From positions 1 to 64,000 of the forward strand of contig CAVYNH010000007.1 of assembly GCA_963769885.1 (NCBI GenBank): a DNA stretch of 64,000 nucleotides, written 5' to 3'. The position numbers were made by a program, and so were the translations under genes. Each line of letters starts with the position of its first letter. Position 1 is the first letter of the stretch. Origin of the DNA: Methanobacteriota archaeon (GTDB lineage: Archaea > Thermoplasmatota > E2 > DHVEG-1). The notes beneath the pieces are model-generated. The model saw only the letters and a program-made list of their open reading frames with translations, was not told the DNA's origin and ran no database searches. Positions 1 to 8,292 of the stretch are shown here, piece after piece.

Positions 1-189
1 AAACAGAAGACCAAGGAGACCGTGGTTTTAGAAAAAAAGATTGACATCCTGCCGAAGACGCGGGTGGAGTGCCCGAAGTGCGGGCATAATGAGGCGTTCT
101 GGGTCCTGCGGCAGACCCGGGCGAGCGATGAACCGGAGACGCGCATCTACACGTGTGTGAAGTGCGAGCACCGTTGGCGCGCGTACTGA
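1..189 (+). CDS. tfs: Transcription factor S (TFS/RpoM), 3' part
   Basis: Frame 1 reads ...KTRVECPKCGHNEAFWVLRQTRASDEPETRIYTCVKCEHRWRAY*: TFIIS-type Zn ribbon with the QTRxxDEP motif. Not in the ORF track. Confidence 0.93.
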   Translation, partial: KQKTKETVVLEKKIDILPKTRVECPKCGHNEAFWVLRQTRASDEPETRIYTCVKCEHRWRAY

Positions 190-295
190 CGCTGGTTCGG
201 ATGGCGGCCGTCCCTTCTCCGCTTGCTACGGCAGTTCAATTCCCGAACGTTTATTAACAAATTTTGATAGGGTCTTCGATAAGGGGATGAATTCA

Positions 296-561
296 ATGGA
301 AACCGCTACCGATAAAAAAACGACAAGATCAGCAAGATGCAGTTCGGCGAAGACCACCTCATCACGTAGTTCTCCGCCGACATCCAGAAATTCCTGCCAC
401 AGCTGCTCTCACCCACACCGGCCTGGGCCTGTCCCGACGGCCACTACACCATCGAACTCGTCCCAGGATTCGACACCTCCGCCATCACACCCTACATCTC
501 AGAGATAGCATCCCACCACCCCAGCCCCCGCTCTCGAAGCAGGATACCCCTCCTCATTTAG
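296..561 (+). pseudogene. Probable small disrupted gene (frameshift at A7 run plus in-frame TAG)
   Basis: TATA-like TTTATTAA near 250 and ATG at 296. A host-like C-ending codon frame (337-561) reads MQFGEDHLIT*FSADIQKFLPQLLSP... with TAG at 367-369. Confidence 0.4.
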
Positions 562-610
562 GGAAAAATATATAAATAAACAAAAGAATAGAAACAACGA
601 GGTTCGTGTT

Positions 611-1255
611 ATGAGCCACACCAAAAGCATCATTGCCCTCGGCATCACCATCCTGATCCTCACCGGAACCCTCCCGGCCCTCGCCGCCACCCCTACAGTC
701 ACCAAAAGCGATGAGAGTTCCGCCATCCAAGCCTTCTTCGACCGCATCGACACCGCCGCCGCCACCTCACACTCCCTCCGAGAATTCCTCGACAAGCTCT
801 ACGATCTCTGCCGCGACAAGACCCTCGCAGGCCACCCCCTGCTGCAATCCCTGGCCGACCGCATCAGAACGTGGTGCAACAAAAACCCCCTCTACACCCT
901 CTTCGGCCTGCCCCTCGGCTCCGCCCTCTCAAGCAAACCTGGCCACTTCGTTATCAGCTTCGGCACCTACCACCGCTACAACCCCTTTAGGCACAACACG
1001 CTCTCCTTCATCAAGGAACGCCTCAGCCTCTGGCACTACCGCAGCCAGAACAACCTCTTCAAGGGCCGTACCCTCATCCTCGACCGCCACCCCTTCGGCA
1101 TCGGCCAACGCCTCCAAGGGCCGCAGATCGGCCTCATGAAAGGCTTCCGCGGCGTCTACTGGGACCATGAAAGCAGGCTCACCGACAATAGCTACCTCTT
1201 CTTCATGGGCAGCGCCGACCGGGTCCGAGCCTTCGACCTCACCCCCTTCCACTAA
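611..1255 (+). CDS. Secreted hypothetical protein (paralog of 1428-2075)
   Basis: Signal peptide; C-terminal RTLxxDxHPFxI...GxQxGxMxxFxGVY...RVRxxDLxPF motif shared with the neighbour. Confidence 0.8.
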   Translation: MSHTKSIIALGITILILTGTLPALAATPTVTKSDESSAIQAFFDRIDTAAATSHSLREFLDKLYDLCRDKTLAGHPLLQSLADRIRTWCNKNPLYTLFGLPLGSALSSKPGHFVISFGTYHRYNPFRHNTLSFIKERLSLWHYRSQNNLFKGRTLILDRHPFGIGQRLQGPQIGLMKGFRGVYWDHESRLTDNSYLFFMGSADRVRAFDLTPFH

Positions 1256-1427
1256 AACACAAAACCCACAGGGAAAAAACCTCCCTTTCTTTTTCTCATT
1301 TTTACACCAATCAGATTGAAATTTCCTTTCTCCAGTAGAAATCAGGTAAAGGGGAGAAAATTATATAAATACTAAAGTTAATATAGTCCTAACTTAATAA
1401 TTATTCTAACCGCATGAGGGAAGACCC

Positions 1428-2075
1428 ATGAAAAAAAGAACAGGAATTCTCGCCATAAGCATGATCCTCCTCTTAACAAGCCTTTCCGTTTCACCCGTCT
1501 TCGCCCAGCAGACCTCCCACCCCCTCGCCACCCTCGTTTCCGACCGCCTCAGCCTCACGAACAAGGACATCAACGCCCTCGACACCTTCTACGCCTCCCT
1601 CCTCGGCGACCTCGCCGGCGTCAAAGACCTCGCCGGCTTCAACAAGCTCATCGACCGATACATCCTCCGCTACGGCGACCACCCCCTCTTCCGATTCCTC
1701 CACCGCCTCGCCATCTATGCCACGCTCGAACGCCACCTCATCTGCTTCAGTACCCTGCGGACCAGCGCCTGGGTCCTCAGTATAGGCAGCGTCAACCGCT
1801 TCTTCTGCCGCCAGCCCTTCCACTTCAACTTCTACCGCCCCTACACCTTCTGGTTCTACGGCAACGTCGCCGACGCCGCCATAAAAAGCCGCACCCTCGT
1901 CATCGACTTTCACCCGTTCTCCATCCGTAACGTCGACGGCCGGCAGCTCGGCTTCATGACCAACTTCTACGGCGTCTACCTCCAACGCGACCGATCACTG
2001 CTCGGCGGCGAACACACCTTCATCTTCGGCCACGCCCAGCGCGTCCGCGTCCTGGACCTCTCACCCTTCAACTAA
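1428..2075 (+). CDS. Secreted hypothetical protein (paralog of 611-1255)
   Basis: Signal peptide MKKRTGILAISMILLL...VFA; shared C-terminal motif; TATA box TTATATAAA upstream. Confidence 0.8.
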   Translation: MKKRTGILAISMILLLTSLSVSPVFAQQTSHPLATLVSDRLSLTNKDINALDTFYASLLGDLAGVKDLAGFNKLIDRYILRYGDHPLFRFLHRLAIYATLERHLICFSTLRTSAWVLSIGSVNRFFCRQPFHFNFYRPYTFWFYGNVADAAIKSRTLVIDFHPFSIRNVDGRQLGFMTNFYGVYLQRDRSLLGGEHTFIFGHAQRVRVLDLSPFN

Positions 2076-2160
2076 ACACCACCACCCTTCTTTTTTTCAT
2101 TTCTTTTTTTTCACGGAGAATAAACGTTATAACAGCAGCACCTTTTCCCCCTGATGTAGC

Positions 2161-2685
2161 ATGCGACCTGACGACATCACGATCATCCGCAGCGCCCGAC
2201 GGCGCAAGACCATCCAGACCAAATACTGCAACGGCCGCCTCTGGATCTACCTCCCCGACGGCATGCCCAAAGACGAGGAAGACCGCTGGGTCGCCCGCAT
2301 GGTCAAACGACACGAACGCATCCAGCAGCGCGACCACCACACCCGCAGCGACCTCTGGCTCGAGCAACGCGCCCGCGGCCTCAACGCCCGCTACTTCGAC
2401 GGCCACCTCACCTTCTCCATCCGCTTCGTCGACAACCAACGCCACCGCTTCGGCAGCTGCACCCATGCCGACAGCACCGTCCGCATCTCCACCCAAGTCA
2501 AAGACTTCCCCCTCTGGGTCAAAGACTACGTCATCATCCACGAACTCGCCCACCTCCTCCACCCCAACCACTCCAAGAAATTCTGGCAGGCCGTCTACCG
2601 CTACCCCCTCGCAGAACGCGCCCGCGGCTACCTCCTCGCCATCTCAGACCTTACTGGACAGCCAAAGAAACAAGAACTGGACTAA
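2161..2685 (+). CDS. YgjP/DUF45-like (M48-related) zinc metallopeptidase/hydrolase
   Basis: RSARRRKTI N-terminus, FGSC, DYVIIHELAHLLHPNHSKKFW. Confidence 0.88.
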   Translation: MRPDDITIIRSARRRKTIQTKYCNGRLWIYLPDGMPKDEEDRWVARMVKRHERIQQRDHHTRSDLWLEQRARGLNARYFDGHLTFSIRFVDNQRHRFGSCTHADSTVRISTQVKDFPLWVKDYVIIHELAHLLHPNHSKKFWQAVYRYPLAERARGYLLAISDLTGQPKKQELD

Positions 2686-2694
2686 AAAAAGGTC

Positions 2695-3219
2695 TTACTT
2701 CCCTGAGTAGACGGCGTGCTGCCCGGCCCGATGGCCCGCCGCAATCAGGCGGTACGTCTCCGCATTCTTCCGGATCGTCTCCACAAATTTCGGATCTTGT
2801 CGTACCACCTTCCCGGGGATGCCCACCACCAGGCTTCCGGGCGGGACCACACAGTTCTCCGTCACCAACGCACACGCGCCGATGATGCTGCCGGTGCCGA
2901 TCACGGCGCCGTTCAACACCGTCACATGGATCCCGATGAGACAGTCATCCTCGATCGTCGCGCCATGCACGACCGCCGCATGCCCAATGGACACATGTCG
3001 TCCAATCTTCAATGCATGCTCACGGTCCGCATGCAGCACACAGCAGTCCTGCACATTCGAACCATCCCCGATAGTGATACAGTTCTGATCCCCACGAATT
3101 ACCGCATGAGGAAAAACCCCACAGTCCTTGCCGATCCTCACATCACCAATGATGACCGCGCTGGACGCGACATAACACGAGGCGTGAATCTGCGGACTCG
3201 TTTTCATGTCACCCACCAA
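2695..3219 (-). CDS. Gamma-class carbonic anhydrase family protein (hexapeptide repeats)
   Basis: IIGDVRIG, IRGD, NVQDxCVLH, IGHxAVVHG motifs; the start may be the ATG at 3207. Confidence 0.92.
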   Translation of the reverse strand: MVGDMKTSPQIHASCYVASSAVIIGDVRIGKDCGVFPHAVIRGDQNCITIGDGSNVQDCCVLHADREHALKIGRHVSIGHAAVVHGATIEDDCLIGIHVTVLNGAVIGTGSIIGACALVTENCVVPPGSLVVGIPGKVVRQDPKFVETIRKNAETYRLIAAGHRAGQHAVYSGK

Positions 3220-3308
3220 CAGGCTAGAACCATATAGTTTTTACCTTATACCAACAACCATACGTAATCTATTTATCCTCTCTCTCGCTCATAGGGCCGA
3301 AGAGACAG

Positions 3309-3710
3309 ATGTCCATCCTCATCACTAATTACGGCACGCATGCCGGGGCCGTCTGGCATACCCTGAACGCCAACGGCGAGCTGAACGAAGAACGACTCCG
3401 AACGCTCACCCACCTGCATGATGAGGACCTCCACGCCGCCATCGGCTGGCTGGCCCGAGAAAATAAGATCCGACAGCAACCCCACGGCTACAGCCTGGGA
3501 GAGACCAACCTCGTCCCCAGCATTGGTAAGAACGCCGGGATGGTCTGGCGCGCCCTGGATATCTGGGGTGACGTCTCCGCCCACTCCCTCCTTCGCCTCG
3601 TCCGACTTACTGAAAGAGACTTCTACGCCGCCATCGGCTGGCTCGCATGCGAAGGAAAACTCGAGGCAGCCACAGACCCGAACAACACCGTCGTCTTCCA
3701 CCTCCGCTAA
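3309..3710 (+). CDS. Tandem winged-helix protein (DUF2582-like, two copies)
   Basis: Two repeats of GxxAGxVWxxL...AAIGWLAxExK. Confidence 0.85.
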   Translation: MSILITNYGTHAGAVWHTLNANGELNEERLRTLTHLHDEDLHAAIGWLARENKIRQQPHGYSLGETNLVPSIGKNAGMVWRALDIWGDVSAHSLLRLVRLTERDFYAAIGWLACEGKLEAATDPNNTVVFHLR

Positions 3711-3715
3711 CCTAT

Positions 3716-4276
3716 CTACTCTTTTCCCCGACGACGGCCAAGTCCCTTGAATTTCCCAACAATCCCAGAAAGCTTTGACGTCTTCCCCTCGGAAGACTTG
3801 CCTTTTCGAGACAACACCCGTCTCAGCTTCGCAAACCGGCCGCTCGCCACCGGCTCCTCGCCACCTTCTGCACGCTGTTTCCGATGGAACAATCGAATCT
3901 CGGGCGGCTTCGGCCGCGGCCGATCAAACCCATACAGGTTCCCCTCTTCGTCAAGCTGAAGAGAAAACGTGCTGCGCACCGGCCCACTCGAGGCAACCGT
4001 CTCAACGTCGAACAACCGCTGACGCTTAAAAAGAGGCGGTCGCTTCACCCGCCGCTCACGACGAAAAAAACCCTTGTGAGCTTTAACCACAGGCGGTTCC
4101 GGCTCCATCACCGGGATAGAAACATCCGGGACCGACGGCTCTACCTCCTCGGGAAAAACCGTCTCCAGAGGCACGGTCTCAATCACAGGCGACCGGATTC
4201 GCTGCTCGAGGCCATCCAACTCCTCAAACAGCGCCATGATCTCCTCATGACTCTTCACCGATTCCTTCTTCTCCAC
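3716..4276 (-). CDS. Hypothetical protein: acidic N-terminus, basic/aromatic (KGFF, RLF) patches
   Basis: GTG start after GAGGGG SD; coherent ORF. Confidence 0.65.
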   Translation of the reverse strand: MEKKESVKSHEEIMALFEELDGLEQRIRSPVIETVPLETVFPEEVEPSVPDVSIPVMEPEPPVVKAHKGFFRRERRVKRPPLFKRQRLFDVETVASSGPVRSTFSLQLDEEGNLYGFDRPRPKPPEIRLFHRKQRAEGGEEPVASGRFAKLRRVLSRKGKSSEGKTSKLSGIVGKFKGLGRRRGKE

Positions 4277-4402
4277 GTCAGCCCCTCATACTATCTCAGC
4301 TCAACACTCAACTCGACACCAAATCGGCAAAGGGTTAAAAAAAACTATGCCCAGCCCTGCCATGATTTTTTTTGGCAGAGCCCCGGCACCGCCAAGGTCT
4401 CG

Positions 4403-4534
4403 CTACTCCACGGCCTCGTACCGGAACGTGGACTCGTCACAATGCGGACAGTACTCCTCCACAACGTAGACGTGGTCGATTTTCCGAACGGGAACCTGGC
4501 GTACTTCCTGTTGACAATTTTTGCAGCAAGTCAT
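4403..4534 (-). CDS. Small Zn-ribbon protein (43 aa)
   Basis: MTCCKNCQQEVRQVPVRKIDHVYVVEEYCPHCDESTFRYEAVE*; two CxxC pairs; TATA-like TTTATATA upstream on the minus strand. Not in the ORF track. Confidence 0.7.
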   Translation of the reverse strand: MTCCKNCQQEVRQVPVRKIDHVYVVEEYCPHCDESTFRYEAVE

Positions 4535-4819
4535 AACAATCACTTGACTCACAAAAAAACAATGCCCTACAATTAATAGAGACGTGCCACTATATAAATC
4601 TGTCTATGGAGGAGCCGGCGTCCAGAGCCCCCCTACCTCATCCACCACCAAACCGCCTGTGAATCGTTCTCGACGCAGCCTTCAACCATCCTTTCAATAC
4701 CACACTCCTCACAGACCTTCAACCGCACCTCGGCCTCTCGTTTATCCCCCCACTTTCCCTGCCCCTTCAAACGAATGACGCGCCGAAAACCCCAAGGACC
4801 CCACACCACGGCTGTTTAC

Positions 4820-5260
4820 TCAAGGTGCCCGAACCACCTTCACCATCGCCGCCTGCACAAACCGCGGATGCCCCACCGCCGACACCCGCACATCCAAATA
4901 CCCCTCCCAGACCCCCGGCTCAAGCGACACCGGCAGACCGACCACCACCCGACCCGACGCATCCGTCCTCCCCACCCCAGCACCCCCCAGCCCGACGATC
5001 ATCACCGTCGCCGCCGCCTGCGCATGACCAAGACGGTCAGCCACCGACACCTGAAAACTCACAGTCCCCGACGCATTCCCCCCAACCGACCCCACCAACG
5101 GCCTCACGGAAACCACCAGCGGCTGCGACACCACCCCCGCCGTCGACAAAAACCCAAGAATCGCCCCCAACGCCACCACCCCGATAATCAACGACACCAC
5201 CAGACGCAGCGGCAGCCCAATCACCGCCACCTCATCCTGAAAAAACCCTCTCAACCTCAT
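4820..5260 (-). CDS. Pilin-like protein (class III-type signal) with Ig/carboxypeptidase-regulatory-like domain
   Basis: MRLRGFFQDEVA/VIGLPLRLVVSLIIGVVALGAIL; GRTDASGRV beta motif. Confidence 0.7.
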   Translation of the reverse strand: MRLRGFFQDEVAVIGLPLRLVVSLIIGVVALGAILGFLSTAGVVSQPLVVSVRPLVGSVGGNASGTVSFQVSVADRLGHAQAAATVMIVGLGGAGVGRTDASGRVVVGLPVSLEPGVWEGYLDVRVSAVGHPRFVQAAMVKVVRAP

Positions 5261-5356
5261 TCACACAACCTCCCAGCTACCGTATTAATTTCGAACGATA
5301 AATACTTATTGCCCAATACAATTCCAGGTCCCACGAATATCTGGGAGGAACACGAC

Positions 5357-5848
5357 ATACACTTCAGACAACTCAGGTCGCAGCAGCACGCGGTCCTCGG
5401 GCTCCCCATCTACCTCACCGTCGCCCTCATCATCCTCACCGTCGTCCTCGTCTACCTCACCGCATCCCTCCAAGACATCACCCGGACCCAAGACCTCCAC
5501 CGCTGCACCGAACAAACCCATCGCATCCTCACCGAAGCAACCCAGATGTACACCTACAGCATCGACACCGCCCAAGTCCACCTCACCCTCGACGTCCCCA
5601 CCTCACTGCGCCTCCTCGCCTTCGGCGGCCTGCCTACCAACAACACCCAACAAATCCTGCACGACCAGACCACCGCCTCCAACTACTTCTCCCTCGACCG
5701 CGACGGAACCATCACCACCGGTCATACCCAAGCACAATTTTGCGGACAGAACACGACCACCGCCGCCATCTTCCCCCCAGGACACTACCACCTCACCCTA
5801 GAACTAATCCAGACACCAGAGGGCCCCTATGTCAAAATTACCTACTAA
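5357..5848 (+). CDS. Pilin-like protein, apparent ATA start
   Basis: GGGAGG SD at 5343-5348, then (I/M)HFRQLRSQQHA/VLGLPIYLTVALIILTVVLVYL; later VPTSLRLLAFGG resembles VPDGCVFVSFGG in 39009-39563. Confidence 0.65.
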   Translation: MHFRQLRSQQHAVLGLPIYLTVALIILTVVLVYLTASLQDITRTQDLHRCTEQTHRILTEATQMYTYSIDTAQVHLTLDVPTSLRLLAFGGLPTNNTQQILHDQTTASNYFSLDRDGTITTGHTQAQFCGQNTTTAAIFPPGHYHLTLELIQTPEGPYVKITY

Positions 5849-6425
5849 TTCCCACGCGGTGCTCGGCCTCTCGCTCGCCAACCTCGCTTTGTTCCTCGCC
5901 AGCGGCCTCCTCCTCTGCATCATCCTCGAAGGAGCCTACGGCAGCCTCTGGGAACACACCGCACAGCTCCAGGCCACAGCCGACACCCTCAACACCTCAG
6001 TCGAAACCCTCAGCGCCGCATACCAAGACACCCGCCTCACCCTTCCGCCGCTCTCACAATCCCCCACCATACACCTCTCCTGCTCAACCCAATACATCCA
6101 CGTCTGGTCCCAGAGTGGCTCCACCACCTCCCTCTCCCTTACCACCTCATGGACGATTCCTCCCTGGCCGCGACCCAATGCCACCTGGCAATCAGGCGAC
6201 GAACTCCACCAATGGCTCAACGCCACCTACGGCCACCTCGGTACGCCCCAAGACCCCATCAATGAGACCATCCTCCAGACCTTGAGGGCGCAACAAGAGG
6301 CGGCCGCCCTCGCCCTTGCCTACGACCCCCTGGAGTATACCACTACGTCTACCATCTTTATCGAAAAAACCTACCTCTCCGTTGAACAGGAGCCGCCCTA
6401 CGCGGTTTTGCTCCTGTATCAATAA
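5829..6425 (+). CDS. Pilin-like protein
   Basis: MSKLPTNSHA/VLGLSLANLALFLASGLLLCIIL; overlaps the previous gene. Confidence 0.65.
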   Translation: MSKLPTNSHAVLGLSLANLALFLASGLLLCIILEGAYGSLWEHTAQLQATADTLNTSVETLSAAYQDTRLTLPPLSQSPTIHLSCSTQYIHVWSQSGSTTSLSLTTSWTIPPWPRPNATWQSGDELHQWLNATYGHLGTPQDPINETILQTLRAQQEAAALALAYDPLEYTTTSTIFIEKTYLSVEQEPPYAVLLLYQ

Positions 6426-6589
6426 ATTGTTACAAAAAAAATACCAGATATTCGACCGAATCAGGAAAATATTCCTGGGAAGAAAAAAGAAATGGAGAAA
6501 AATGAGAGGGATAAAACCGTCACCATTAAATAGCCAACACTGCATTCTTTTTCTACACCTGAAAAGAGAGCAAATGGGGAGGCATATGG

Positions 6590-7327
6590 ATGTTTACCGC
6601 TAAAGTAAAATCGGATATTATAAAAGGCATAATCGATGTCACCTCGCCTCTGGTCAACGAGGCGAAGTTCAACATCACAGCGAAAGGAATCACCCTACGA
6701 GCGGTAGATCCAGCCCACGTCGCTATGGTCGACCTCGAACTTCGCCAGACCGCCTTTGAGGAATACAAAGCAAGCGAGATGGAGCTTGGCATCGATCTCG
6801 ACAAGCTCAGCGGTATCATGAAGCTCGCTGCTGCCGGGGACAGCGTGACCCTGGAGTATGATGAGGAGACGAACCGGCTTGTTGTCAGGATTGGCAACCT
6901 CGTCCGCCGTATGGGCTTGATTGATACGGCAGGAATGCCGGACTCCAAGGTGCCGCACCTCGACCTCCCCGCCAAAGCAGTCGTCAAGGCCGGGGAGTTG
7001 AGCAAAGGGGTGCGTGCCTCAGAAGCAGTCTCCGATCACCTGGCCCTGAACATCGACAAGGAGTCCTTCGAGCTCTACGCCGAGGGGGACACCGATACCG
7101 TGAACCTCAAGCTCCCCAAGGAGATGCTCCTGGAGCTGAAGGCGGACGGGAAGTTCCGCAGCCTCTTCTCGATTGATTATTTCAGCAATATGATCAAGCC
7201 TGTGCGCAGCGAGGATCCCATCACGATTAACCTGGGTAATGATAACCCGATCCGCGTCGATTTTGACATCGCGGATAAGAACGGTCACGTGACGTACCTA
7301 CTCGCTCCGCGGATTGAGTCCGAATAA
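6590..7327 (+). CDS. pcn: DNA polymerase sliding clamp PCNA
   Basis: LRAVDPAHVAMVDL, ELGIDL, YLLAPRIE motifs. Confidence 0.98.
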   Translation: MFTAKVKSDIIKGIIDVTSPLVNEAKFNITAKGITLRAVDPAHVAMVDLELRQTAFEEYKASEMELGIDLDKLSGIMKLAAAGDSVTLEYDEETNRLVVRIGNLVRRMGLIDTAGMPDSKVPHLDLPAKAVVKAGELSKGVRASEAVSDHLALNIDKESFELYAEGDTDTVNLKLPKEMLLELKADGKFRSLFSIDYFSNMIKPVRSEDPITINLGNDNPIRVDFDIADKNGHVTYLLAPRIESE

Positions 7328-7359
7328 AACAATGATCTTAGGGTGAGGGAGGCTGAGGC

Positions 7360-7668
7360 TTGCGCTTCCGGCGGTACCGCTATATTCTGGTGAGAATCGA
7401 GTGGGGCCCTGCCAAGTCCGCCTCGGAGTCCGTGTTTTTCCAGGCGGTAAAAGCCTGTTGCGAGCAGCACCTTGGTCTACGCGCGCAGGAGATAGGCCTT
7501 CGGCTTTTTGACTATGGTCAGGGCTGGGCTATCATTCGGTGCACCCAGGCGCATCGGGCCGCGGTCATGAAGTCGCTGTGTAGCCTTCGAGATGTTGGCG
7601 GTCTGCCCGTCATGGTTGTTTCCGAATCGACGTCAGGGACGTTGCGGTCGTTACGGCGGCGGGTTTAA
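7360..7668 (+). CDS. rnp2: RNase P protein component, Rpp14/Pop5 family
   Basis: RRYRYILVRI, AIIRC, TSGTLRSLR motifs; TTG start. Confidence 0.85.
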   Translation: MRFRRYRYILVRIEWGPAKSASESVFFQAVKACCEQHLGLRAQEIGLRLFDYGQGWAIIRCTQAHRAAVMKSLCSLRDVGGLPVMVVSESTSGTLRSLRRRV

Positions 7669-8189
7669 GTGAAGTCTTTAAGTCGTTCGATATAGGGGTT
7701 ATTGATGCCGCAGGTCTTGACCGGGAAGATCTCCTCGACGAGGAAGATCTCGGCGACGTAGCTTTGGTACAAGCGGTTGAAGACTTCGACGAACCGTTTC
7801 GCTTTTCTTATATCTTCAGTGACGAAGGTGATTATCCAGTCGAAGGAACCGTGCAGGTAGCTGCTCGATTCGATGATGACTTCGAGGTGCCTAGCCTGTT
7901 TCTCGAGTTCGCGGGTGACGATGATGTTGAGGAGTTCAGCGACGGGCTTGTTGGTCTTTTTGATAAGGAGGATGTAGGTTTTCAGCTGGAGTTTTTCGTT
8001 GTCGACGACGGCATGATATCCCCAGATGGTCTTGTTGCTTTCGAGCTTCTTGATAACTCTCCAGACCTTTTGTCGTGAAAACCCACAACGTTTTGCGAGC
8101 TTGTCGATGCTTTCGTTTGCGTTATTCTGAAGCTCCGCTACGACTTTTCGTTCATCCAATTCTTTTTGGCGCTTGCTGACTTTGGGCAT
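7665..8189 (-). CDS. Lrp/AsnC family transcriptional regulator
   Basis: LDERKVVAELQNNANES..LAKRCGFSRQKVWRVIKKLE..IWGY HTH; HGSFDW in the RAM domain. Confidence 0.88.
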   Translation of the reverse strand: MPKVSKRQKELDERKVVAELQNNANESIDKLAKRCGFSRQKVWRVIKKLESNKTIWGYHAVVDNEKLQLKTYILLIKKTNKPVAELLNIIVTRELEKQARHLEVIIESSSYLHGSFDWIITFVTEDIRKAKRFVEVFNRLYQSYVAEIFLVEEIFPVKTCGINNPYIERLKDFT

Positions 8190-8292
8190 GGTTAGCTCCC
8201 CTTGCTGCGTGCCATTATCCTAGTGATATATAAATTTATAGAACGAACTACTAGATTTCCTGGGGGGAGCCTACAAGAATGTTCGTTATGAA

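Noticed and set aside
4600-4815. G-rich minus-strand intergenic stretch as RNase P or SRP RNA
   Set aside because: Lacks the GAGGAAAGUCC and SRP helix-8 signatures and has little self-complementarity; consistent with the local skew.
4775-5356. 5' half of the tracked 357-aa ORF
   Set aside because: Antisense to the pilin-like gene at 4820-5260; only the part from about 5357 looks like real protein.
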